This document shows, piece after piece, positions 46,154 to 54,983 of a DNA stretch of 64,000 nucleotides. The notes under the pieces were generated by a model that saw nothing but the letters and a program-made list of their open reading frames with translations, was not told where the DNA came from and made no database searches. Where the stretch lies: IMG/VR virus record IMGVR_UViG_3300007513_000003; one strand, 5' to 3'. The DNA is from a virus. Taxonomy: Duplodnaviria; Caudoviricetes. Numbering within the stretch: the stretch's first letter is position 1; every line of letters begins with the position of its first letter. Position numbers and translations under genes: made by a program.

Positions 46154-46654
46154 TTACATAACTTGAGTGACATCAATAACTTCCGATTGTTTATTAATTT
46201 CACTAATAAAATAAGCACATTGTGGCTTAGGACCATCATGTAAAGGAACTGCCAGTAATTGTCCTGTTTTAAGTTTAGGAAAGTACCATTTAACTTCTGT
46301 ATAGATATCTACAATGTCAATTTCCGCATAATTGTGCATATAGCCACTTAGTGGATTGTATAAAAAGGCTTCAAACCCTCTATCATTTACACTAGTAAGA
46401 GGCAACACTTCTAAATCACCTACTTCAGGACTACCTACCACGATATGCCAATCTACAGGCATTGGAATTTTATACTTACCAAGTTGTAGTACTACTGCCG
46501 GTGCGTTAAAAGATTCCAAAAAGATAAGTGGTATAAAAAAGTAATCCGGATCGGCAGGATTACTATTATCTAATATACAAAATCTTACATCATCTACCTT
46601 TTCAGGCATAGCGTTCATTGGGTATGAAACGTCATCTAACGTTAATATTCTCAT
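46154..46654 (-). CDS. Hypothetical protein
   Basis: 166-aa ORF, MRILTLDD. Confidence 0.7.
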   Translation of the reverse strand: MRILTLDDVSYPMNAMPEKVDDVRFCILDNSNPADPDYFFIPLIFLESFNAPAVVLQLGKYKIPMPVDWHIVVGSPEVGDLEVLPLTSVNDRGFEAFLYNPLSGYMHNYAEIDIVDIYTEVKWYFPKLKTGQLLAVPLHDGPKPQCAYFISEINKQSEVIDVTQVM

Positions 46655-46672
46655 TGAGTTTTCTCTTATAAT

Positions 46673-47095
46673 TTAAAATGGTGGATCATCATCAGTAGGA
46701 TCACTAATTTGATCATCTGCTGGTTTGGGTTTGTAATCTGGATTTTTAACTATTTGTTTTGTTCGTGGGTTAATTATATAATATTGGTGTGTTCTGTCTT
46801 TTGATCTAGCCGGAATTGGGTTACCTTTAATTGTAGGGCGTGTAGGATTACCAGCATCATCATAATCCGGAGTAGATGGAGAGCCCGGACCTGTATTCAT
46901 ATATTTTGTATGAACGAGTTTTTCCAGTGAAGCCATCTGCTTTACTAATAATATAATTTCGGATTGTAAATCTTTATTTTCAAGTTTAACCTTATCAATT
47001 TTGTCTATTAGACTTTTGTGTTCTAATTTAATATCGTCTAATTCTTTGATTAAGTCGTGGTACTTTTTATAAAGATCGCTAACTTGTGAACTCAT
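46673..47095 (-). CDS. Hypothetical coiled-coil late protein
   Basis: ATAAATA 7 nt upstream. Confidence 0.6.
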   Translation of the reverse strand: MSSQVSDLYKKYHDLIKELDDIKLEHKSLIDKIDKVKLENKDLQSEIILLVKQMASLEKLVHTKYMNTGPGSPSTPDYDDAGNPTRPTIKGNPIPARSKDRTHQYYIINPRTKQIVKNPDYKPKPADDQISDPTDDDPPF

Positions 47096-47108
47096 TGCTT
47101 ATTATTTA

Positions 47109-48560
47109 TTATCCTTGCCAATTCACTTTTTCTACAGTAAATGGATATTCTGCTTCCCTGTAATAACTTTTTCTTTTAGTTAAATGTCGTTTAGCATACT
47201 TGCAAGTGCTAGTTATATCCCAAATTTGTACAAAGTCTTTATCTTCTGCTTTTCTAATACCACGGCCAATACTTTGTATTACTCTAACAAAACTTTTGCC
47301 TGGTTCAATTAATACCAAATTAAATATACGTGGTATGTTAATGCCAACTGCCGCAACGCCATATGTTGCAATAATTATTTTTGCGTCTGCTGTTCTAACA
47401 TCATCATAATGTTCTTTTCTTTCATCTGCCTTAGTAGCACCGCTCACAAATACACTTCCATCTAACCTTTGTTCAAGCAGTTTGCCGGCGCTTATTCTAT
47501 CAACTAATATCAAAGTGTTTCCACTATCTTTAACATCATCAATAAAATTGCCTATGTAATCTATTCTATCTTCGTTGCTTAAAAGATACTTCAATTCACT
47601 CTGATAATTATTATATTCGCCATAATCATTAAGTTGTACTATATTAACGTGGCAATTTGCTAAGACGCCCTTGTCTTGCAGGTCAGCGGCGGCTATTCTA
47701 TTAACTACATCACCAATACTAACTTTTAGTGACATCCATTCATACTTTTCTTTTGGTATTGTGCCTGTTAAACCCCAACGTATAGGCACATTAGCAAACT
47801 GTTGCGTTAGCAATTGCTTCAGCACATCTGCCTTACTCATATGGACTTCGTCTACCATAATACACGCCACGCCCTCTATGAAGTCTTCTATAGTAACATC
47901 TACTTCTGCATTACGTGTTTTCTTTGTAAGTATGTTTAAACTTTGCCAAGTGCAAATGGTATGCGTTCTGCCGTATTCTTTTCTGTCACCATAAAAGACA
48001 CCCACATCAAGTCCTAAGTTTATGTAGTCCTCTTCGGTTTGAGTCACAAGACTTTTGTTTGGCACAATAACTATAGTGCGCCCATATTTCTCGCATATAT
48101 TACTAAGTGCGGCAGTAATAAGTGTTTTGCCTGCGCCAGTCGCGACCTCTTGTATGGACTGTGGATTTTCTAAAAAGCGATTAATTACTTCAACTTGATA
48201 ATCTCGTAATACAATAGACTGTCCTTCATGCGTATGTCCGCTAGGCCATTTGACGTGATTATAACTGTTTACATTTACTTTATCAAAAGTTAGTTCAACA
48301 GGATTCCTATAATCAATTAATTCTATTTTGTAATTGTCGAGTAATGGTAATATATCGCCCAACAAGTTTGTATATGTACTACCACCAAGATTAAAGAAAG
48401 ACGCTTTACCATCCCAGCGTCCTAAACGAACTGCTGGCATAAATCTTGCGTGGGGGATATCAAATTTAAATTTATCGACTAACTTTCGTCTGTCTGTTAA
48501 ATCTAATCCTTCAAATTTACAATTTACTTCGTCTTTTAAATATAACTTACACTTTGGCAT
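47109..48560 (-). CDS. uvsW: SF2 DNA helicase UvsW
   Basis: LRDYQ, ATGAGKT, DEVH, GLTGT, ATYGVAAVGINIP, QSIGRGIR. Confidence 0.93.
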   Translation of the reverse strand: MPKCKLYLKDEVNCKFEGLDLTDRRKLVDKFKFDIPHARFMPAVRLGRWDGKASFFNLGGSTYTNLLGDILPLLDNYKIELIDYRNPVELTFDKVNVNSYNHVKWPSGHTHEGQSIVLRDYQVEVINRFLENPQSIQEVATGAGKTLITAALSNICEKYGRTIVIVPNKSLVTQTEEDYINLGLDVGVFYGDRKEYGRTHTICTWQSLNILTKKTRNAEVDVTIEDFIEGVACIMVDEVHMSKADVLKQLLTQQFANVPIRWGLTGTIPKEKYEWMSLKVSIGDVVNRIAAADLQDKGVLANCHVNIVQLNDYGEYNNYQSELKYLLSNEDRIDYIGNFIDDVKDSGNTLILVDRISAGKLLEQRLDGSVFVSGATKADERKEHYDDVRTADAKIIIATYGVAAVGINIPRIFNLVLIEPGKSFVRVIQSIGRGIRKAEDKDFVQIWDITSTCKYAKRHLTKRKSYYREAEYPFTVEKVNWQG

Positions 48561-49581
48561 AATATGCTGGGCCAGGACCTAACTGTTTTAATATCTTTTT
48601 ATCCTCATCGCTCAGCGGCGAGTTTACAGTATTATAATAACATACCTTAGGTATTTGGTCAAGATAAATGTTGAATGTTTTTTCATTAACCATTCTTGTA
48701 ACAAATATTAACTGCGGGTTTACTTCGCTTTCTATTAATTCTTGAACGTTATGAGCGTAATAAACTAAGCAGTCTTTTTTACACACTCTTTCTGCTTTGC
48801 CTATAGCATCATCCTTAATAAACTGCTTTATTACTTTAACCACCATCGGTTCAAACTGTGTATCTATCATTACTTGTTGTTTAGTTACGGCCCTCACTTC
48901 ACTGTTTTGTTTAGCAATGCCTGCGTCTACCTTTGGACCAAATAATAAACGCTCTGGTGAATAAAATACTATTGGAAGTCTATTGTATTTCAAAGCATAC
49001 AAAATCATATGCTTTAGTTTCTTTTCCTTGTCTTTTACTGAGCCTGTTAACGACACACGAGTATTGGATGCCATAATATGCTCTACAGAATCGTTAAGCA
49101 ATAGTTTTATTTTATTACTTAAACCATAACCAAGTTCTGCAGACTTGTCTATTAAATCCCAAAGATCAATTATTTCTTTTTTTTCTAAATAATCTAACAA
49201 TGCCTGTGATGCGTTTTTAATATACGGTTTAAAACTATTATCAACACAAAGTTCAACTCTGTATTCATCTTCAGACTGCTTTATTTCGTTTATAGTATCT
49301 AAATATTCTTGTATTTCGTTGCTGTATTCTACTTCGGTAATCTCAAGGCTTTGTAAAAAGTCTTGTATAAAAGTAAAATTAATCTCTGCTAAACTAAAAG
49401 CCCAAGCTTTACGCTCTACATCCCAAGTCAAGTCTGTATTGCTTTGCTTACCGTGTGCGAATAGTCTGCGTGGTATATCTGAAGTGCTAAATCTTTCAGT
49501 AATGTCTAATCCCGTCATTGAAAACGGAAGTTTTAGATAAATCTTTTTGTCGTCTATATAAACTTTGACAGGTTTATTCAT
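48547..49581 (-). CDS. Hypothetical protein
   Basis: 344-aa ORF upstream of uvsW. Confidence 0.7.
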   Translation of the reverse strand: MNKPVKVYIDDKKIYLKLPFSMTGLDITERFSTSDIPRRLFAHGKQSNTDLTWDVERKAWAFSLAEINFTFIQDFLQSLEITEVEYSNEIQEYLDTINEIKQSEDEYRVELCVDNSFKPYIKNASQALLDYLEKKEIIDLWDLIDKSAELGYGLSNKIKLLLNDSVEHIMASNTRVSLTGSVKDKEKKLKHMILYALKYNRLPIVFYSPERLLFGPKVDAGIAKQNSEVRAVTKQQVMIDTQFEPMVVKVIKQFIKDDAIGKAERVCKKDCLVYYAHNVQELIESEVNPQLIFVTRMVNEKTFNIYLDQIPKVCYYNTVNSPLSDEDKKILKQLGPGPAYYAKV

Positions 49582-49584
49582 AAT

Positions 49585-49614
49585 AAAAAGAAAGGGGAGA
49601 CACTAGGCCTCCCC
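49585..49614 (-). terminator. Rho-independent terminator of the early operon
   Basis: GGGGAG..CTCCCC followed by TTTCTTTTTA on minus. Confidence 0.7.
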
Positions 49615-49671
49615 AAGTGTATTAGATACTTATCGCCGGAGCGAGGCAATAAGTATCTATTTTGGCGGGTG

Positions 49672-50736
49672 TTAACGAAGTATGCTAACCTCCGCCATAC
49701 GTCTCCAATTATCTTTGGAGATTTTACGCAAGTCACCAATCTTGAGAGCAGTACGAAGTGACATTTCTCGAACTCGGTCTTTGTTCTTTTCCATGTAGTC
49801 AAGAACCTCGTCTTGCGTTTGTTTATTAAACTTGTATCCGTTGAACAATTCACCGCTTTTGGCAATCTGTTTGATACGCAGGATCTTGTCACGCATTGTG
49901 TCCAACGTAAGGTCCAAGTAGTGGCAACGTGACTGGAGTGCTTCCAAGTGGTCCTGTACTTTCTTAGAGCGTATATTCTCAAACTTCACGTTAGTGATGA
50001 AGATTGCTGACCCGCGGAAGTCAAACGAATTAGGAATGCCTTCTGCACGGAGTTTGACACTGTCAGCATTCCAATGGATTCGGCGTCTCTTACCCGAGTC
50101 CAATGCCGCTTTCAGTATGTTGAGTGACAAGTCATCAAACAATACAGTGTCGCAGTCATCAAACACCAACACGTTGCCTGGATCGCTGTACTCATACAGT
50201 TTCGCGTACAGTCCAAGAGCAGTCATCGCACCTTTTACAACATCGTATCGTGTACGAGTGCCTTTGATTTTGTCGAACAGTGAGGCCTTTTCCAGGGTGG
50301 TCTCTACACCGTAGGACTTACCAACTCCAGGAGGGCCTGTGACAATCATTGCACGGACATCACCATTGATAGTCGCTTCAGTCATTTCGTTGAGGATGCT
50401 GAAACGCTCTTCAATGCGGTTCATGACCTCTTCGTCAGTTTCTTCGACCTTCTCTACAACGGGACTTTTAGACGAGGTATTTCCTGCAGCCATTTTCTTT
50501 GCATATTCCTCGGCTTCACTCTCGCCCACCATTTCAATATGTAGTGGAGACTCAACCTGGATTGCGAATGTATACTGCGGGAATCCCAGCATATCAGTTC
50601 CGTCTACGGTAATCTTGCCGCCGCCTTTAGTAGACGGACGATAATTTTTGACCAGTGGGAAAATGACATTTTCCACATCCTTAGTGGGAGAGTCTTTACG
50701 GTTGATGATGCCTTTGAGGACTTTAATGTGTGACAT
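49672..50736 (-). CDS. AAA+ ATPase
   Basis: TGPPGVGKS, VLVFDDCD, FITN, ALQSRC. Start moved to MSHIK after SD AAGGAG. Confidence 0.88.
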   Translation of the reverse strand: MSHIKVLKGIINRKDSPTKDVENVIFPLVKNYRPSTKGGGKITVDGTDMLGFPQYTFAIQVESPLHIEMVGESEAEEYAKKMAAGNTSSKSPVVEKVEETDEEVMNRIEERFSILNEMTEATINGDVRAMIVTGPPGVGKSYGVETTLEKASLFDKIKGTRTRYDVVKGAMTALGLYAKLYEYSDPGNVLVFDDCDTVLFDDLSLNILKAALDSGKRRRIHWNADSVKLRAEGIPNSFDFRGSAIFITNVKFENIRSKKVQDHLEALQSRCHYLDLTLDTMRDKILRIKQIAKSGELFNGYKFNKQTQDEVLDYMEKNKDRVREMSLRTALKIGDLRKISKDNWRRMAEVSILR

Positions 50737-50761
50737 AATTCGCTCCTTATATGTCAGTGGA

Positions 50762-51007
50762 TTAAACTTGGCGGGGGACGTCATATCGTCCCTGCATGGT
50801 GAAGGTGCCGAGGCGCGTGGCATTGCCAGTTGCGGGCCAATGTACTTCGCCCTTGAACGCCTGCACTCTCAACGGAGTATCGAAGCCACTGGTTTTGGGA
50901 TTGGCATTAAACTGCCCAACAGCACCCACCAGCGTGTCGTCGTAAACACAAGTCTCACGCTGAGATCCAGCAATGTTTCGAAAGTTGATTACAAAAGTAT
51001 TACGCAT
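50762..51007 (-). CDS. Small early protein
   Basis: SD AAGGAG, 81 aa, GC-rich. Confidence 0.65.
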   Translation of the reverse strand: MRNTFVINFRNIAGSQRETCVYDDTLVGAVGQFNANPKTSGFDTPLRVQAFKGEVHWPATGNATRLGTFTMQGRYDVPRQV

Positions 51008-51184
51008 CTATCGCTCCTTGTTAGTTGGGTCTGACAAGAAATCATTTATCGCTTCGACAAACATATTCATTACTTCTTGTCTCCAAAGACTAGTATATCC
51101 TATGCCGATAGCATTTCCTACTGACTTTATTTCTTCATCATTGTAAGACTCAAGAAGTTTGTTTACAATTTCTGTTCTAGTCAT
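51008..51184 (-). CDS. Small early protein
   Basis: Start moved to MTRTE after SD AAGGAG. Confidence 0.65.
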   Translation of the reverse strand: MTRTEIVNKLLESYNDEEIKSVGNAIGIGYTSLWRQEVMNMFVEAINDFLSDPTNKER

Positions 51185-51218
51185 CACGTTTCTCCTTGTT
51201 TCTTTAGCGTATATATAC

Positions 51219-51246
51219 ATTATACTGATTTTGTCAGATCTGTCAC
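51219..51246 (-). promoter_or_regulatory. sigma70-type early promoter
   Basis: GTGACA-16-TATAAT on minus. Confidence 0.6.
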
Positions 51247-51260
51247 TTTTTTTTGTACTC

Positions 51261-51355
51261 TAAGTGCTTGATTTTATTGAAGAATCAACTATTTTTGATA
51301 TTTTGGTAAGTGTTTGAAATCATTGAAGAAAAAAGCCAATAAAATCAATGACTTA
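51261..51355. repeat. Three copies of a 19-bp motif TAAGTnnTTGAwwwyATTG (two direct, one inverted)
   Basis: Copies at 51261-51279 and 51307-51325, and inverted at 51337-51355. Confidence 0.8.
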
Positions 51356-51362
51356 CTAATTG

Positions 51363-52232
51363 CTACTTTTTCTTAGTTTTCTTAGTAGTCTTTTTCTTGG
51401 ATTTTTTAGTGGTTTTTGGAGATTTCCACTTATCTGTAACTTTGCGGATTTTAGTCAAATTATCTATTTTGATGTCAATTTCTTTAGGGTGGGCAAAAAC
51501 GTTGATTACAGCACCTGTGGGATCTACAAAAATACACTCAGAATTTTCAAAGTAATTATCTGGATTAAAATCCGGAGAGGGAAGCCAATAACAGTCATAA
51601 TCCATATCTTTAAAAGTTTGTAGCAATTCTTTTTGGTTTTCTTGGCATTCTGCAATAACAAATGGTCTATGAGTTGAGAATAGCCTTGTACCAGTATGTA
51701 GAACATCTGATTCATTACCTTCTACATCTACTTTAACCAAATTACAATAATCGAGACCAATATCATCTAAATTAAACACCGCGCAACGTTCTACATCATT
51801 GCCTGTATCATTGTCAGATGTTTTTAATGCGCCATGATTCATTTCGTCATCTACTCTATTCAATGGCAAGTATAATGGCCGTTTTGTTCCCACTGCTCCT
51901 TTGACTGGCGTTACGTTAAATGCACTATTAATAGTCAGATTAGTCATTAAGAAAAAATAATTTAAATGGCTTGGTTCAAAAGCATATACTTCTCCTTCCT
52001 TGCCTACTATTCTAGAATAAAACACAGAATGTAATCCTATATTAGCCCCTACATCAATAACTTTAGCACCTGGTCGTAATAATTGTGATGCCAATGCTAG
52101 TTCTGCCTCTGCATATTCACCGTATAAATCTAAACTACGACCGACAATTGTGTCTTTGATATTATATGCAAAATCTCCGTGCTTACACGGCTTAACTCTA
52201 ACATTTTCACATTGTAGTATAGGAAAACCCAT
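51363..52232 (-). CDS. FkbM-family SAM methyltransferase
   Basis: VIDVGANIG, VYAFEP, VKVDVEGNE. Confidence 0.9.
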   Translation of the reverse strand: MGFPILQCENVRVKPCKHGDFAYNIKDTIVGRSLDLYGEYAEAELALASQLLRPGAKVIDVGANIGLHSVFYSRIVGKEGEVYAFEPSHLNYFFLMTNLTINSAFNVTPVKGAVGTKRPLYLPLNRVDDEMNHGALKTSDNDTGNDVERCAVFNLDDIGLDYCNLVKVDVEGNESDVLHTGTRLFSTHRPFVIAECQENQKELLQTFKDMDYDCYWLPSPDFNPDNYFENSECIFVDPTGAVINVFAHPKEIDIKIDNLTKIRKVTDKWKSPKTTKKSKKKTTKKTKKK

Positions 52233-52987
52233 TACACTCTACTTCCATAATCAGTAATTGAGCCATTCATCCACGTTAGCATTAACGCAGACTCGTCAAA
52301 ATAACCTTTTGCTTTTATCATATCATCCGTACTTTCAGGCAAGACTTCTCTTTCCATAAGATCTACTGGTCCTAAATCCATTGGATCATCTAGTTCTTCC
52401 CAATCTTGTTTGGGTTTAACAATACCGTAAATATTACGATCATTAAAATTTTTAAGAAAATATCCCTTTCTACAATCCCAGCCTGTTATTGCTAACTGAT
52501 TTATAAATGTAGGTAAGGTATAAAAGTTTCTATCATATCTTCCAAATTTAGTTTTTAGTCTACCAAACTCTGTATCTAATGTTTGTGGAACAGTTATAAA
52601 CAGTAATGAAAAAGGAGTAAGTACTCTACGCATTTCTAATAACCCTTGTATAGGGTCTTTCAATTGTTGTAATGTATAGTGACACCAACCAATATTAAAT
52701 TCATCGTCTTTGTATGGCATATTTAAAATATCGCCACAAGTAAAGTCAAATTTATCAGTTTCCCTATCAATTAAATCAATACCAGAAACTTTTGTGTGAT
52801 TAGCGTATGGTGCAGATTCTTCATATGATGCTTGGTTACACCACCATTCTGTATTAGATCCATCCCCACAGCCAAAATCACATACATGCAACATGTTCTC
52901 AAACAATTGTTTAGAAACTACTTTGAAAACTTCTTGGGCTGATTTTCTTTGTTCGACTAAATCACCATATATAAGTGTTTTATTCAT
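52232..52987 (-). CDS. Class I SAM-dependent methyltransferase
   Basis: VCDFGCGDG, CGDILNMPYKD, EMRRVL. Confidence 0.85.
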   Translation of the reverse strand: MNKTLIYGDLVEQRKSAQEVFKVVSKQLFENMLHVCDFGCGDGSNTEWWCNQASYEESAPYANHTKVSGIDLIDRETDKFDFTCGDILNMPYKDDEFNIGWCHYTLQQLKDPIQGLLEMRRVLTPFSLLFITVPQTLDTEFGRLKTKFGRYDRNFYTLPTFINQLAITGWDCRKGYFLKNFNDRNIYGIVKPKQDWEELDDPMDLGPVDLMEREVLPESTDDMIKAKGYFDESALMLTWMNGSITDYGSRV

Positions 52988-53439
52988 TATACTGTAACAT
53001 CCTCCATACCTGCTGTGCGAAGTCTTATTACATTACTTACCTGAAATTGCTTAACATCAAGTCCTTTAATAACTCCTAACCATTTGTTGCGAACCAATGC
53101 AACTTCATTAATAACAGTTTCTAGATCAACCACTTCATCTTCGCCGTCTACATATTTTTCAGCGTCACGAGCACTCAAGGCTCTATTATAACTTTCTAAG
53201 TATTTTTTAAAGTGTTTACGTCTAAGTTTGCGTAGTTGAATATTAAGATGTTGCAGGATTGCTTCTAACTCTTGAAGTTGATTAAAGCGATGCTCTACAA
53301 TACCTGGTAACGCTGTTGCATTTTTTTCTAAGACGCCAGAAATTTTGACGTCTTTTTTAGCACCAGTTAATTCGTTCTCGAAATATTCTAGAGCATCCGG
53401 TATATTACCCATGTCTTGGACAATTTTATTATACCACAC
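52987..53439 (-). CDS. uvsY: Recombination mediator UvsY
   Basis: YLESYNRALSARDAEKYVDGE, KGLDVKQFQVSNVIRLRTAG; adjacent to uvsX. Confidence 0.85.
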   Translation of the reverse strand: MWYNKIVQDMGNIPDALEYFENELTGAKKDVKISGVLEKNATALPGIVEHRFNQLQELEAILQHLNIQLRKLRRKHFKKYLESYNRALSARDAEKYVDGEDEVVDLETVINEVALVRNKWLGVIKGLDVKQFQVSNVIRLRTAGMEDVTV

Positions 53440-53445
53440 TATAAG

Positions 53446-53673
53446 TCACCACTCTGTGTCCTCGTCATAATCTTCATCTTCGTAATCTTCTTCATCTAAA
53501 TCATTTAAAAGTTGTGCAATAGTTGGACAGTTGTTTGCTAATTCATCTATTACTTCAGACATATCTTCATCAGTTAGATAGTTTACTAGTTGTTCTGCGG
53601 CAAGTGGTAACTCTTTTTTCGGAATGTATGCTTTCAACATTTCCCATGTATGAACTAAAACAATTTTATCCAC
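53446..53673 (-). CDS. Small acidic protein
   Basis: 75 aa, D/E-rich tail. Confidence 0.65.
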   Translation of the reverse strand: MDKIVLVHTWEMLKAYIPKKELPLAAEQLVNYLTDEDMSEVIDELANNCPTIAQLLNDLDEEDYEDEDYDEDTEW

Positions 53674-53703
53674 AAATATTCCTCAAGTTAAAGTTAAGGA
53701 TAT

Positions 53704-54774
53704 TTATGCTTCTGTTTCAGTTTCTTCAAATTCTACATCGGGGTCTGATTCTACATTTTCGCCAATACCACCTGACATTACATCACGCATAACGCGATCT
53801 AATTTCTCGCCAGTCCATCCTTTTCTAAACTCTAGAATTTCAGTACCATCTTTACATGTATAACCAAGTCTATTGCCGGTTTTCTTAACCCAGCCTTGTG
53901 CTTCAAACATTTCTATCAAGCCACTATAAGGATCCATGCCTGTTTCATAAGGAATTTTAACTTGAACACCTTCAAATGGTTTGGCATAGCGTGTTTTCAT
54001 TACCTTACAACCTGCCCTAATACCATAGACTTGTGATGTTTTGTTGCCATCTGCATCTTCTTTAAGTTTTAACTTTTTCATAGCAATAACGATAGAACTT
54101 GCGTAGATAAAGCCTTGACCCCCTGAAATCTTATCATCTGGATCAAACATATCTTGAGATGCATAAGTGTGGTTTGTTGCTACTAATCCTACATTGTGTC
54201 CGCCAAACATATTAACGCAATTGCGAACAAGTGCGGTTAATGCTTTAGGTTTGCGGCCCATATCACCTTTTAGATCACCTTTATCAAATTGATCTACGTC
54301 TGTGGGAGTAAGTAACATACCTAAAGAGTCAATAACAAAAAGAACTTTAGGGCGTTCTTCCTCTTCCATTGTCTTGTAGTCTTTCATAAAGACGCTGATA
54401 GTTTTAGCAACGTCATCAATCATACTCATAGACAAGCGAAGTAGTTTTTCTTCGCTAGTATCAACACCTAGTCTTTCTAACCACTCCTTATCTAGAGCAG
54501 ATTCAGAGTCGATCAAAACTACAAAAATATCTTGTTTTTGTGCTTCTTTAACGATATTCCCAGAAGCAATATAAGATTTGCCTGAGCCTGATTCTCCTGC
54601 TAATACAGTGACTCTTCCTAATGGAATGCCTTTGTAAAAGTCTCCACTGACAAGATAGTTTAAACAATAATTACCTACAGAAATCCAATCGGTAGGATCG
54701 CTAAAGCCTACTGACAAGCCGTCAATAGACTTTGTAATATCTTTTCTAAATTTTGCCACGTCAAACGGTCTCAT
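53704..54774 (-). CDS. uvsX: RecA-like recombinase UvsX
   Basis: AGESGSGKS, IDSE, VIDSLG, ATNHTY, SGGQG, KTRY. Confidence 0.93.
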   Translation of the reverse strand: MRPFDVAKFRKDITKSIDGLSVGFSDPTDWISVGNYCLNYLVSGDFYKGIPLGRVTVLAGESGSGKSYIASGNIVKEAQKQDIFVVLIDSESALDKEWLERLGVDTSEEKLLRLSMSMIDDVAKTISVFMKDYKTMEEEERPKVLFVIDSLGMLLTPTDVDQFDKGDLKGDMGRKPKALTALVRNCVNMFGGHNVGLVATNHTYASQDMFDPDDKISGGQGFIYASSIVIAMKKLKLKEDADGNKTSQVYGIRAGCKVMKTRYAKPFEGVQVKIPYETGMDPYSGLIEMFEAQGWVKKTGNRLGYTCKDGTEILEFRKGWTGEKLDRVMRDVMSGGIGENVESDPDVEFEETETEA

Positions 54775-54920
54775 TTCTTCCTCCCGTTTTCGCCATATCT
54801 TTTTCTACGTGTCTCCCAACCTTTTGATGCATTTTTTCTTTGTATTTCTTTACGCCATTCAGGCATGGGTCCCCTTGGGCCTCGCATCTTTTCTTTTGTT
54901 TCATTAGTATGTTTCCATCC
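54771..54920 (-). pseudogene. Homing-endonuclease 3' remnant (NUMOD3 motif)
   Basis: Frame reads GWKHTNETKEKMRGPRG...KK*. It is preceded by an in-frame TAA and its stop overlaps the uvsX ATG. Confidence 0.55.
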
Positions 54921-54943
54921 TTATAATTTTCCTCTAATAGAAT

Positions 54944-54971
54944 AAAGACGGGGCGAGCGTTAACCCGCCCC
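54944..54971 (-). terminator. Probable terminator after gp32
   Basis: GGGGCG..CGCCCC stem followed by TCTTTATT on minus. Confidence 0.55.
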
Positions 54972-54983
54972 TATTACTTTATA

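Noticed and set aside
46012-46239. 75-aa ORF as an independent gene
   Set aside because: It overlaps both neighbours and exists only because of the 22-bp duplication. It is reported as a possible upstream ORF instead.
49672-50736. Assigning the AAA+ ATPase as clamp-loader large subunit gp44
   Set aside because: Walker A/B and an SRC-like motif are present, but the early GC-rich context and N-terminal domain do not fit well. It is left as a generic AAA+ ATPase.
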